A stretch of 64,000 nt of DNA from Candidatus Kapaibacterium sp. (GCA_963665665.1 OY762428.1:4960001-5024000); one strand, 5' to 3'; positions 10,726-21,255 are shown, numbered from the stretch's first letter. Numbers and translations: made by a program. The notes: generated by a model from the sequence alone, not told the origin.

Positions 10726-10752
10726 AGGCTGTCTGATACAGGCAGCCTTTTT
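10726..10752 (+). terminator. Rho-independent terminator
   Basis: AGGCTGTCTG-ATA-CAGGCAGCCT stem-loop followed by a T run, 16 nt after the stop codon. Confidence 0.8.
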
Positions 10753-11027
10753 GTTGAAGTAGTTTTTTAATAATATTGAAGTGAATGGAAATCGAATAGA
10801 ATGAGTCTGTTTCTCGGAATAAACGTTGGAAATTGCACATAAAGTTATTTGATATATTTTCTAAATATGAATATTATAAATCTATTATACTCAATCAAAC
10901 TGGGACTGAATTTTGATGTTCAGTCCCTTTTCAGGATAAAATAATTATTTGTCTCTCATTTGTCACTGACATTGAGTAGAAAACACTGTAAAATAAGTAT
11001 AACACTTGTTATTGAGATATTCTAATG

Positions 11028-11046
11028 CTATTCCCACTCTATAGTT
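11028..11046 (-). other. Short guaA 3'-end remnant (att-like core)
   Basis: Minus strand ACT ATA GAG TGG GAA TAG encodes TIEWE*, identical to the GuaA C-terminus; matches 19717-19736 with few mismatches. Confidence 0.6.
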
Positions 11047-11409
11047 TCTATGATCCACTCATTTTGCAATCTTTGACATATGTTAACATCAAAAATGTAA
11101 TTTCAATGACTTAGCAGATTATTATGAACAATCGTTAATTAATATTGTGCAATGGTTTACATTTCGTGTGAACGTTCACGTTCACTTAAAGTATTCTTAA
11201 TTAACTATTAATGGGATATTACCAGCTTCTTATTAAATACAGCTTTGCTTACAAATCGACCATTATTATTCTAACTAGTCTGAAGAGATTATTAATTCAC
11301 TTTTTTTTATAAAATTTTCCTTAAATTTGAAGTTGGAAAATAACCTTTTTCAACTGGATTTAAGAATGCAATAACCAAATAAAATATTTACAAATTAAAA
11401 TCTAAATTC

Positions 11410-11889
11410 ATGAAAAATATTAAAATTACAAGTAAGCAAAAAAGACTAACCCTTGGTATTAAATTTATTATTGGATTTTATCTCCTAAATATTATCTTTT
11501 GGGTTGTTGGACAAGGAGGATCAGTAATTGCATATGATACCGTAGCACAATGGGGATTGGTGGAAGCAAGAGAAACAGTTGATCCTTTTTGTATTGTTAT
11601 CAATAAGGCAATTGGACTTGCAGATGTAATTATAGCACCTCCAATTTTTATAATTGCTATTATTGGTCTCTGGAAAATGCGATTTTATGGTTTAATGGCT
11701 TCCTTTATGGGTTTTGGAATAGGCTTTTACTGGACAGCCATAGCGTGGGTAAAGCAGATATTCCTAGTTCAAGCAGGTGTAAAATGTGAACCCTTTGATG
11801 TTGGAACACATGGCATGCTTGCATTTGTTTTCCTTTTTTCTTTATGGGGTAGCTGGTATTTGTACAAAAATCGGTTGTATTTTGACTAA
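11410..11889 (+). CDS. Hypothetical membrane protein (about 4 TM helices)
   Basis: 159-aa ORF with four hydrophobic stretches; family not recognised. Confidence 0.75.
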   Translation: MKNIKITSKQKRLTLGIKFIIGFYLLNIIFWVVGQGGSVIAYDTVAQWGLVEARETVDPFCIVINKAIGLADVIIAPPIFIIAIIGLWKMRFYGLMASFMGFGIGFYWTAIAWVKQIFLVQAGVKCEPFDVGTHGMLAFVFLFSLWGSWYLYKNRLYFD

Positions 11890-11936
11890 TTTTAAATTTT
11901 CGATTACTAAATTAACTAAGAATTATCGCAACATAT

Positions 11937-12066
11937 GTTCAACACCCAATATACATAAGCTGGGCAATGTGGATAAATTTAGAATTTCTACATTTACTCA
12001 AAATTGTATCGGGTTGATAAGTTTGAAACCCGCAATCGCTTACTTTGCATATACTAACCGTTATGC
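11937..12066 (+). other. attC-like imperfect palindrome
   Basis: Begins GTTCAAC (RYYYAAC) and ends GTTATGC, 130 bp; inner complementary ATATA/TATA and TAAGC/GCTTA boxes; lies just after a single small ORF. Confidence 0.45.
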
Positions 12067-12285
12067 CTTTTTCACACTGTAGAAATGTCAAGGTTATTGA
12101 CTATCTTCCGGAATATTTTCTATTAAATGGACTCTTAAAATAGAAATAATTGATAATAGTTTTAAACTTTTTAGAACAAATAGTAGTCTAAAGACCATAT
12201 TAAACTGATTAAAAACGGATTTTGCATTAGTAAATATATTGATCAACAACAATTTAGATAATTATTAGTATCAGGAGAAAAATAA

Positions 12286-14463
12286 ATGAACTCATTATTT
12301 AGTATATTTTTTCACACTTTATCCACTTATGAGAAAGACAAAGGAATGTTAAAACATACGTCTATCGTATTGAAAAAAAATTTGATTGTAGCTCTTGGAA
12401 TTTTATCATCCATAAGTGCATTTTCTCAATCTGAAACTGTATTAGAACCCGTTGGCAGGTATATTTATCAAAGGTCTGATAGAAATTTTGAAGGAACCGA
12501 TCATATATTAGATGTCAATAGCCTACCAGGAGGCAGAATATTGGCACTAAGTAGCTCGGGAATCGCCATTATAGATGCCGGGACTATGTCGATTCCCGGA
12601 AGCACAGATTACATCACAAGAACGGGACGTGAAGGTGGAGGAGGTCGCGATGTTGCAGTTTATAAGGACACCTTTTTATACATAAATAACCATCAGTCAG
12701 AAAGTAGAATGACTACAACCGGGTTTGGAGTATCCAAGATTACGGAAGAAGGAATAACAGGGATTACAGACATAACAGAGACCGATGTTTTTTTTGAAAA
12801 ATTAAACGTATATGGCGATTTTCTGTTTGCGGCAGCACACAATAAAGGCATTCGAATATACTCACTAACGAACCCTGAAAATCCTACTTTAGTAGGCTCG
12901 CTTTCCGAAGGCTTTACCGATGTTTTTGATGTTGCATTAAGTGGCAACACGCTTTATGTGGCTGATGGCGGAGGTGGATTGAAGCTTGTTGATATTTCGG
13001 ATGTAAGTTCTCCCAAGATTGTTGCCGGAGAAACCACAACAACAGCTATGGGTACAGCTCAAGATATTGAAGCCAGAGATGGTCGGGTGTATGTGGCATG
13101 TGGTGGTGCCGGTATTTGTGTTTATGAAGATGGGGACTTATCATCACGTACAGTATATCCACTAAGCGGGTGTACTGAAGCTCTTTGTTGGATAGGAGAT
13201 TATTTGGCAGCTTCTACCTTTGGCGGAGTATCGGTTTTTGAAGTGGGAGCCAGAACCCTTCTTACCAAAGTTGCTTCTGAAAACACAAGTAGATTTAATC
13301 AAAAAGCATATATTAGAACCTCTTTTGGCGTTGCTGCTACAAATGACAGTACGCTTATGGTTGCTTGTTGGAATTCAGTGGATTGTTATCAAATTAAATC
13401 AATAGCAGAATCAAGTGTGCCGGATATTAGCTGTAGTACACAAAGAATTCGTTTCCCGTCTGCCGGAGGAAGTGAAACACATCATATAATTAATCAAGGA
13501 GGAGGCACATTGATTATAGCTGAAGTATCTGCTTTAACAGGTGACTTTTCAACAACACTTATTCCACAGTCCATAGAGCCTGGAGACACTGTTTATTTTG
13601 ATGTAAAATATACGGAAGGCAATGAATCGGAAGGGCAAACACTATTTATCAGCTCAAACGATCCTGATGAAAACCCACTTCCTATACAAGTGTTTGGCAA
13701 AACATCATCGCTGGATGTCGGTGAAGAAGTTCCGGATTTTACACTGTCCACCATATATACTAATCCCGAAACCGGGGTTTTTTCAGAAGGAGAATTTACG
13801 CTTTCAGAGCAAAAAGGAAAAGTAGTTTGGGTACAGATGTTTGGCACTTGGTGCCCTGCTTGTCCATCTGCTGAAGCTGATATGCAGAATACAATTATTA
13901 AAGAATTTGCAGATAACCCGAATGTAGAAACCTATGTAATGAATGAAAATCAATTTGATAGAGATCCGCTAAATTGGATACAAACATGGACAACAAAATT
14001 CTATCAAAGAGAACCAATGCTGTACGATGCTGACGGCACTGTCGGAGGAGAAATATTCAAGCAACCAAATGTAGGAGGTATGCCTTTCGGTCGTGGGTTT
14101 ATCATCGACCAAGATGGCAAAGTGGCGAAAGCATTTTTCGGTCATAAACCGCAAATGGCTATTGCTACTATTTATGATTTGTTGGATAGTTATACATCCG
14201 TTGAAAGAGCAGAAACAGAAAAATCGGATTTTGTTAACATATTCCCAAATCCCGTAGTCGAAAATTTTAAAATTGAGCTTCCGCAAGAATTAAAAAAAGC
14301 TACTGTTTATATATACAATACTGTGGGTATAGAGAAAAAAAGAGTAGTTGCCTACAATGTTCGGAATATTGATGTTGATTTTGAAGATATGCACCAAGGC
14401 ATCTATTTCATCAGAATATTTGCCGAAGGCCAAGTATTCACATCTAAAGTATGTAAATTCTAG
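12286..14463 (+). CDS. Secreted LVIVD-repeat, Ig-like and AhpC/TSA (redoxin) protein with T9SS C-terminal domain
   Basis: LYVADGGGGLKLVDISD repeats; LFISSNDPDE Ig-like motif; VPDFTL...KGKVVWVQMFGTWCPAC thioredoxin fold; IFPNP...GIYFIRI tail. True start may be the second Met (MLKHTS). Confidence 0.85.
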   Translation: MNSLFSIFFHTLSTYEKDKGMLKHTSIVLKKNLIVALGILSSISAFSQSETVLEPVGRYIYQRSDRNFEGTDHILDVNSLPGGRILALSSSGIAIIDAGTMSIPGSTDYITRTGREGGGGRDVAVYKDTFLYINNHQSESRMTTTGFGVSKITEEGITGITDITETDVFFEKLNVYGDFLFAAAHNKGIRIYSLTNPENPTLVGSLSEGFTDVFDVALSGNTLYVADGGGGLKLVDISDVSSPKIVAGETTTTAMGTAQDIEARDGRVYVACGGAGICVYEDGDLSSRTVYPLSGCTEALCWIGDYLAASTFGGVSVFEVGARTLLTKVASENTSRFNQKAYIRTSFGVAATNDSTLMVACWNSVDCYQIKSIAESSVPDISCSTQRIRFPSAGGSETHHIINQGGGTLIIAEVSALTGDFSTTLIPQSIEPGDTVYFDVKYTEGNESEGQTLFISSNDPDENPLPIQVFGKTSSLDVGEEVPDFTLSTIYTNPETGVFSEGEFTLSEQKGKVVWVQMFGTWCPACPSAEADMQNTIIKEFADNPNVETYVMNENQFDRDPLNWIQTWTTKFYQREPMLYDADGTVGGEIFKQPNVGGMPFGRGFIIDQDGKVAKAFFGHKPQMAIATIYDLLDSYTSVERAETEKSDFVNIFPNPVVENFKIELPQELKKATVYIYNTVGIEKKRVVAYNVRNIDVDFEDMHQGIYFIRIFAEGQVFTSKVCKF

Positions 14464-14582
14464 TCAGATAAAGAACTATGCCGACTTAACCATGTTTTTT
14501 GAAGTCGGAAAAGTGATCCGAATTGGTTGTAGAGAAATAAAACTTATTGCCGGAGAATAAAATTATCCTCGATCGATTTTTT

Positions 14583-14613
14583 AAAACCGTCCTTCTTTGA
14601 GGGGTGGTTTTTG
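14583..14613. terminator. Probable bidirectional terminator hairpin
   Basis: AAAACCGTCCT-TCTTTG-AGGGGTGGTTTT stem-loop between a convergent gene and the guaA remnant. Confidence 0.55.
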
Positions 14614-14678
14614 TATATATGCTTTGTTAAATACTTTTATTCATATGACCCAAATATTAATCAGGATCAAAATTTCTA

Positions 14679-14899
14679 ATTCCCACACAATAGTTACCGG
14701 CGGCTTGCTTGATATATCGTAGGTTACACGGTTAATGCCTCGCACTTCGTTGATTATCCTGTTGGATGTTTTCTCCAGTACTTCCCAAGGGAAGTGGAAG
14801 TATTCGGCCGTCATGCCGTCCACGCTGGTAACGGCGCGCAGGGCGCAGGTGTTCTCGTATGTGCGTTCGTCGCCCATAACGCCGACGGTTTTTACCGGC
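14679..14899 (-). pseudogene. Duplicated 3' end of guaA (about 220 bp, about 73 codons)
   Basis: Colinear with guaA 19719-19939 (offset 5040); peptide [16 protein letters not shown]...[11 protein letters not shown] is nearly identical; no N-terminal part and the stop codon is altered. Confidence 0.95.
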
Positions 14900-16537
14900 G
14901 GCCATTGTAAATGCAAAAGCTATTATCTTTTATTGAATAGTATTGTTTAAAGTCCAGTTGCCTTTAATAGAATAGAAGTGAAATTTCTTCTCTGTAGCTA
15001 TTGATAATATTTCCATTATTTAGAGCATCGACCTTACGAGACGAGATATTTCCGTAAGTAAAAGACTATTTCCTTTTCAAAGAGAATATAAAAAACCGTT
15101 CAACTGATTAAACCTTTTAATGTTTCATTTGTCTAATATAATTGAATTGAATTGAATTTATAAGTAGTTTAGATAACAACTGTAAATTACTGATTATTTT
15201 GTAATACATAATGGGGATCGTAACAAAGAAAAAGCATTATGGCATATTGATAAAAATATTAATGAATTTCTTACAATCTTGGAGATCTTATGATCAAATA
15301 TCTACTTCTTTCTCTATTAGTTATTCAGATAACTACCAATGCGCTGACAGCTCAGAAAATGGTAAGTACTGATCCTCAGCTCAGAAATGTGGTCATTGAA
15401 GAATTTACAGGAATTCATTGCGGAAATTGTCCAAAAGGTCATAAAATTTCGCATGAACTTGTCAATCAGTATCCCGGGGATGTCTTTTCTGTTAATATTC
15501 ATGCAGGTGGTTTCGCAACCCCTTCAACCGGTGAACCTGATTTTCGAACAGATGAGGGTGATGCTATTTTGATAAAGTCTGAAGCAGCCTTTTTTCCTTC
15601 AGCATCAATTAATCGAACTACTTCTCCATGGGCGCTGACTATTGACAGCATAAAGGGTATTACAAGCAGAATCATGCAGGAAATATCTCCTGTTAATGTT
15701 GCTGTCAAAAGCATTGTGGATGCAAAAACAAGAATACTAACAACTGAAGTTGAGTATTACTATACTTCAGAAAGTCCTAAATCTGTGAATTATTTAACTG
15801 TATTTTTAATACAGAATAATATTCTAGGGCCTCAGTCAGATTATGGTGACTACTACCCAGAAAACTGGGAGGATGGACTTTATAAACACAATCACGTGCT
15901 TCGGATGGCACTAACTACAGGTGATTTATTCAGGGATCCCATCAATACAACGACAAAAGGTGCTTTTGAGAAAAGGACTTATGAGGTAACTCTTCCTGAA
16001 AGCATAAAAGGTGTTAATTTAAGATTATATGATTGTGAAGTTATTGCATTTGTTTCTGAAGATACTGGAAATATTTATTCAGCAGCTGGAACTGAAGTTG
16101 AATTTACAGATCCACTCGAAGAAATTAGCACCGATTTGGAGCTATCAAACAAAACTGAGTTCCCAACTAGATATTGTTTTACTTCAATTCATCCAATAGT
16201 AGATGTTACTAACAACTCTGATAAAGTAGTTAAAAGTTTCGATCTAAAAGTCACTTTAGATGGGCAAGACTATGTACAAACATTTGAAGGTTCATTAGAT
16301 AAAGATCAAACCACTACAATTGACTGGGGCGAAATCGAATTTATGGCAGAGGGAACATATACCATCAAAATTGAAGGATTTTCAAATATTAATGACAATG
16401 AATTGATTGACGTTAATGATGCAAATAATATGGTCGAACACACTGGAGTAGGTGTCAAAGTGAACGGCTTCCTTTAAAAAAAACAGCGATTTAAGGTGAA
16501 ATAATCTTAACTTGCAAAAAATCAAAAGGAGCATCAA

Positions 16538-16825
16538 ATGGCAAACAAACGAAGAAATTACAGTTCAAAATTCAAAATGCAGGTAGCCCTGGAGGCAGTC
16601 CAAGAGAGAAAAACAATAACCGAGCTGGCATCGGAGTACGGGGTTCATCCAAACCAGATAAGCATGTGGAAAAAGCATTTAAAAGAAAGTGAAAAGGAAG
16701 TATTTGAAAACAAGCGTGGGCCAGGGAAGAATAAAAAAGAAAAAGACGAATCAGTATTATATGAAGAAATAGGCCGGCTAAAAATTGAATTAGACTGGTT
16801 AAAAAAAAAATTGGGCCGTGAGTAA
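16538..16825 (+). CDS. IS3-family transposase OrfA (HTH)
   Basis: RRNYSSKFKMQVALEA...ELASEYGVHPNQISMWKK...LYEEIGRLKIELDWLKKK. Confidence 0.95.
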   Translation: MANKRRNYSSKFKMQVALEAVQERKTITELASEYGVHPNQISMWKKHLKESEKEVFENKRGPGKNKKEKDESVLYEEIGRLKIELDWLKKKLGRE

Positions 16826-17663
16826 AGAAGAACGCAGGAAGATGGTAGATGCTGATAATAAAGAAATTAGCATAAGCCGGCAGTGCGAGCTTTTGGGTAT
16901 TAGCAGGAGCTGTTATTATTACAAACCCAAGGGTGAAAGTGAAGCAAATATTCTATATATGAAGCTGATCAAAGAACAATTCGCGATTACTCCATTTTAT
17001 GGAGCCAGAAAAATGACAGCACACTTACGTTCTTTGGGATACCATGTTAACTATAAACGAATCAGGCGATTAATGAAATTATTGGGACTTCGGGCAATAT
17101 ATCCCCAACCGGACACGAGCAAACCGAACAAGGAGCACAAAATTTATCCATACCTGTTGAGGGATATGAAAATAAGTCGTCCGGATCAGGTTTGGAGCCT
17201 GGATATAACATATATTCCGATGCGTAAAGGATTTATGTATCTTATAGCAATTATAGATGTTTATAGCAGGTATATCGTCGACTGGGAATTATCGAATAAC
17301 CTTGAGAAGGAGTTCTGCATAGATACAATAAAAAGGTCTTTGAAAACCAGTAAACCGGAAATAACAAACACGGATCAGGGCAGTCAGTTCACGAGCAATG
17401 ATTTTGTGAAAACGATTCTGGATGCTGATGTTAAGGTAAGCATGGACGGCAAGGGCCGCGCCTTGGACAATGTTTACATAGAACGCTTCTGGCGGAGCTT
17501 TAAATACGAAGACCTGTATCTGAAGTCTTACGAAGACGGAAAAGAGCTCTATGGCGGTATAAAGGCTTATGTCGATTGGTATAACAACACGAGGCCGCAC
17601 GCAGGAATTGAATACCAGATTCCGGCTGAAAAATATATGAACGAACAGCGGTTCGTTAATTGA
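16818..17663 (+). CDS. IS3-family transposase OrfB (DDE integrase core)
   Basis: WSLDITYI, NTDQGSQFTS and DNVYIERFWRSFKYE DDE motifs. Confidence 0.95.
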   Translation: MSKEERRKMVDADNKEISISRQCELLGISRSCYYYKPKGESEANILYMKLIKEQFAITPFYGARKMTAHLRSLGYHVNYKRIRRLMKLLGLRAIYPQPDTSKPNKEHKIYPYLLRDMKISRPDQVWSLDITYIPMRKGFMYLIAIIDVYSRYIVDWELSNNLEKEFCIDTIKRSLKTSKPEITNTDQGSQFTSNDFVKTILDADVKVSMDGKGRALDNVYIERFWRSFKYEDLYLKSYEDGKELYGGIKAYVDWYNNTRPHAGIEYQIPAEKYMNEQRFVN

Positions 17664-18737
17664 AAACTTTGTTGGAAAAGTGAAAAAATGTAATCCGGTA
17701 AGCAATTGATAAAAAAAGAAATAGAAAGGAGAGTGAAAGTTATCCACAATTTCCAGGTTGTTAACAAAAAGAAAAAAAAGTAGCAAAAAAAAGAAAAATT
17801 AATATTATTACATATTTTTTTCTTATTTTATTAGAGAAGAAGTATAGATTAATAAACACCATAAACTATACTTTTATTTGTCTAAGCAATAGGGAGCATT
17901 TCAAAGAAAAGGCATTTTCTACAATAAGAGCTGGTTTTAATACTGCAGGTGACCCACCTAAAAACGTATTATTTGATCATTCTCAGAATTCTCAATTTTA
18001 TACATTATGGTTATCAGAACCTTATGGTGCTCGAAGGTCTTGGTCTGCAGTAGTTTTCTTAATTCATTCTTCTCGAAATGTTGAAGGAAAACCTGGATAC
18101 ATAATACTTGGACAAGCAGACTTTTCCGAACTAACCGCACCAAATCTAGAATATTATTACGCTTATTCTGATGGTGAATATGGTGGAACTGCTCCAACGA
18201 TAAAAGTTGATGTATCAGAAGATTGCGGTGAATCTTGGGTTGAGATAGCATCTGAGACTCTCATTGAAACAGGTTCACCTGTCGATGATAAAATTTACGT
18301 TCCTTCTGTAGATGAATTTAAATTAGTATCAATGAGTTTAGAAGAATACACAGGTAAGGAAGTCCTTATAAGGGTAGCTGGGATACCGGGATCCTCAGGT
18401 AGCTCTTTTTATATTGACGAAATTGAAATAAGTGGAACAGTTAACGTAATGGAAAATGAAACTATTCAAAATTCATTAGTATATCCAAATCCTGCTGATT
18501 TAATTATTCATTTTAATTCAGACTCATTTTTAGATTACAGATATAAGGTATACTCTGTATTAGGAAATGTTGTTTTAGATGGACTAAATATTGATAATTC
18601 AATAGATATAAGTGGTCTGAATCCTGGTGCATATTATATTAGGGTTTCCAATAAGATTTTCAGGATAATTAAAAAATAATTGCATTTTCACAAGAACAGA
18701 TTAGTTCTAAATTCAATTACTAAAATATGGAGTAAAC

Positions 18738-19628
18738 ATGTTTAAATCATTTATCATTTCTTTTCTTTCAATAGTTTTTGCTTTAAATTCTACAATTGTT
18801 CAGGCTTTAGACCTAAGCCAATTTGAATTGAAAGCAAGTTACGCATTAACATCTGACGGTGTAGATGAAACTGGAAATTTTGAAGATATGCAACTTGTAA
18901 ATCCAATTTTTGAAGACGGTGGGGTATTTTCATGGGGATGTTGGAGTTCAGGAGCAAAAGATTCATGTCTGATTGCAACACCACAGTTGAATGTTTTGAA
19001 TGATATAGCTTTTGCTATTCAACTTGACTTCAAATTATCTACATTCGGTTTACCGATCTTCCAAGCAGGTAATTCTTATAGATACCTTGGAATCCAATCT
19101 ACAACCTCAGGTGGACTGATACTAAAAACCGGTAGTCAGGCAGAAGAAGAAGTTCCAGAATTTATATTCAATATAGATGAGTGGTATACTGCTACTGTTA
19201 TCCATAATACTCATGACTCTACTACAACAGTTTATATAAATGATGAGTTGGTATTTACTAAAAAGAAATATTTAAATCACCCAAACAATGATAATATAAT
19301 ATCAAATACAGATTTCAGTAGAGGTAAAGCTTTTTTTGGCTATATCAAGAATTTAAATATCTATTCAACTGACGAGATATTATCAATTGATGACCAATAT
19401 ATTGATGATCAAAATATTCTAATATATCCCAATCCAGCCAGTTCTTCAATAAATATCCATGTTGAAACTTCTCAACCTATTGATTACTCAATTTCAAATT
19501 CTGTTGGAATCGAAGTTTTATTTGGAAGAATATCAGAATCAAAACAAAGTATTGATATTCAGGAATTACCAGTAGGTATTTACGTTTTGATGATCGAGAA
19601 TAGAAGTTATAAGTTTATAAAGGATTAA
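18738..19628 (+). CDS. Secreted LamG/concanavalin-like protein with T9SS C-terminal domain
   Basis: Signal peptide; EWYTATVI...VYINDE...FFGYIKNLNIY; IYPNPASS...GIYVLMI...KFIKD. Confidence 0.8.
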   Translation: MFKSFIISFLSIVFALNSTIVQALDLSQFELKASYALTSDGVDETGNFEDMQLVNPIFEDGGVFSWGCWSSGAKDSCLIATPQLNVLNDIAFAIQLDFKLSTFGLPIFQAGNSYRYLGIQSTTSGGLILKTGSQAEEEVPEFIFNIDEWYTATVIHNTHDSTTTVYINDELVFTKKKYLNHPNNDNIISNTDFSRGKAFFGYIKNLNIYSTDEILSIDDQYIDDQNILIYPNPASSSINIHVETSQPIDYSISNSVGIEVLFGRISESKQSIDIQELPVGIYVLMIENRSYKFIKD

Positions 19629-19643
19629 TAACATTGAATTTCA

Positions 19644-19680
19644 AAAAAAGGGACTATTTCGTCAGAGTAGTCCCCTTTTG
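19644..19680. terminator. Bidirectional terminator between guaA and the LamG gene
   Basis: A run, GGGACTA...TAGTCCC stem, T run. Confidence 0.75.
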
Positions 19681-19716
19681 TATTTAAATATTCTAATTTC
19701 GAATAACTTAATGCCA

Positions 19717-21255
19717 TTATTCCCACTCAATAGTTGCGGGCGGCTTGCTTGATATATCATAAGTAACTCGGTTTATGCCTCGCACCTCGTTGATTATCCT
19801 GTTGGATGTTTTCTCCAGTACTTCCCAGGGGAAGTGGAAGTATTCGGCCGTCATGCCGTCCACGCTGGTAACGGCTCGCAGGGCGCACGTGTTCTCGTAG
19901 GTGCGTTCGTCGCCCATAACACCGACGGTTTTTACCGGCAGCAGTACCGAGAAAGCCTGCCAAATATCGTTATACAACCCGGCTTTTTTAATTTCGTCGA
20001 TGTAAATTGCGTCGGCTTCCTGCAGAACTGATATTTTTTCGCGCGTGATGTCGCCTAATATTCTTATTGCAAGTCCGGGGCCGGGGAAGGGGTGGCGTTC
20101 AACAAACCAATCAGGTACGCCAAGTTCGCGGCCGACTGCGCGCACTTCGTCTTTGAATAATTCGCGGAACGGCTCTATCAGCTTCAATCCCATTTTCTCG
20201 GGAAGTCCGCCAACGTTGTGGTGAGATTTAATTACCACGCTCGGGCCCTTAACGCTTACGGATTCTATCACGTCCGGATAAAGCGTTCCCTGTGCCAGCC
20301 ATTTTGCATTATTGAATTTTTTCGCCTCAACGTCGAACAGGTCGATAAAAGATTTTCCGATTATCTTGCGTTTCTGCTCGGGATCGGAAATTCCTTCAAG
20401 CCTGCCAAGGAATAGATCGCTGCCGTCTATTAAATCTATCGACATATCAAAATGCTCGTCGAACAGATCCATGAGTTCCTTGCTTTCATTCTTTCTCATC
20501 AGGCCTGTATCAATGTGAATACAGTGGAGTTTATCACCTATTGCTTTATGAAGAAGCACAGCGAGAACAGTCGAGTCCACTCCGCCGGACAGGGCGCAAA
20601 TAACCTCGCCGTCGCCAACGGATTCCTGTATTTTATTTATAGAATCGTTAATAAACGAGCTGGCGTTCCATGTTTCTTTGCATTCGCAAATACCGCGAAC
20701 GAAATTGTTGAGGATAACTTTTCCATCAAGAGAGTGGTGTACTTCCGGGTGAAACTGTACGCCGAATATATTTTTTTCTTTGTTGCGAATAGCGCATATA
20801 GGAGCATTATCCGTGTGGGCAATAACATCATAGCCGGCTGGAGGCTGCATTAGAGAATCGCCGTGGCTCATCCAAACCTGCGGTTGGGAAACGCCTTTGA
20901 AAAGGTCATCATCTTTATCAATTATCAGATGAGCTTTACCATATTCTCTTTTGGCTGCTTTGTCAACTTCACCGCCACGGAAGTAAGCAGTAAGCTGCAA
21001 ACCGTAGCATATACCGAGAACCGGAATATCTTTTTCGAAAACATCAAAGGTGGGGTGGGGGGCTTCATCGGCATAAACGCTTGAGGGCCCGCCGGAAAGG
21101 ATAAGGCCGTTGGGCTCAATTTCATCAAATTCTTTCTCACTGATATTAAAAGGCCTGATATCCGCGAATACGCCAAGCTCTCTTACTTTTCTGGCGATAA
21201 GCTGAGTGTATTGAGAGCCGAAGTCAAGTATAAGAATTTTTTCTGATGTTTTCAT
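19717..21255 (-). CDS. guaA: GMP synthase (glutamine-hydrolysing)
   Basis: ILILDFGSQYTQLIAR, PVLGICYG, QFHPEV, ALSGGVDS and KPPATIEWE. Confidence 0.99.
   Translation of the reverse strand: MKTSEKILILDFGSQYTQLIARKVRELGVFADIRPFNISEKEFDEIEPNGLILSGGPSSVYADEAPHPTFDVFEKDIPVLGICYGLQLTAYFRGGEVDKAAKREYGKAHLIIDKDDDLFKGVSQPQVWMSHGDSLMQPPAGYDVIAHTDNAPICAIRNKEKNIFGVQFHPEVHHSLDGKVILNNFVRGICECKETWNASSFINDSINKIQESVGDGEVICALSGGVDSTVLAVLLHKAIGDKLHCIHIDTGLMRKNESKELMDLFDEHFDMSIDLIDGSDLFLGRLEGISDPEQKRKIIGKSFIDLFDVEAKKFNNAKWLAQGTLYPDVIESVSVKGPSVVIKSHHNVGGLPEKMGLKLIEPFRELFKDEVRAVGRELGVPDWFVERHPFPGPGLAIRILGDITREKISVLQEADAIYIDEIKKAGLYNDIWQAFSVLLPVKTVGVMGDERTYENTCALRAVTSVDGMTAEYFHFPWEVLEKTSNRIINEVRGINRVTYDISSKPPATIEWE

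Larger units (their letters stand above)
16461..17903 (+). mobile_element. IS3-family insertion sequence, copy 1 (1443 bp)
   Basis: TG...CA ends with imperfect inverted repeats (TGAACGGCTTCC / TGAAATGCTCCC), 3-bp target duplication AAG, orfA plus orfB. Confidence 0.95.
15290..18679 (+). pseudogene. Omp28-like thioredoxin-fold T9SS cargo gene interrupted by IS3 element
   Basis: N-part has EEFTGIHCGNCP and HNHVLR (Omp28-like). Removing the IS and one AAG copy restores an open frame (GVK-EKAFSTIRAG...) that joins the 18332-18679 ORF ending in a T9SS tail, about 647 aa in total. Confidence 0.9.

Noticed and set aside
14641-14916. 91-aa ORF as a functional GuaA paralog
   Set aside because: Only the C-terminal fragment with unrelated start codons and a read-through tail; better explained as an integration scar.
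14679-19939. guaA duplicate or peptide copies as DGR template and variable repeats
   Set aside because: Differences are mostly at third codon positions and not adenine-specific, and no reverse transcriptase is present in the window.
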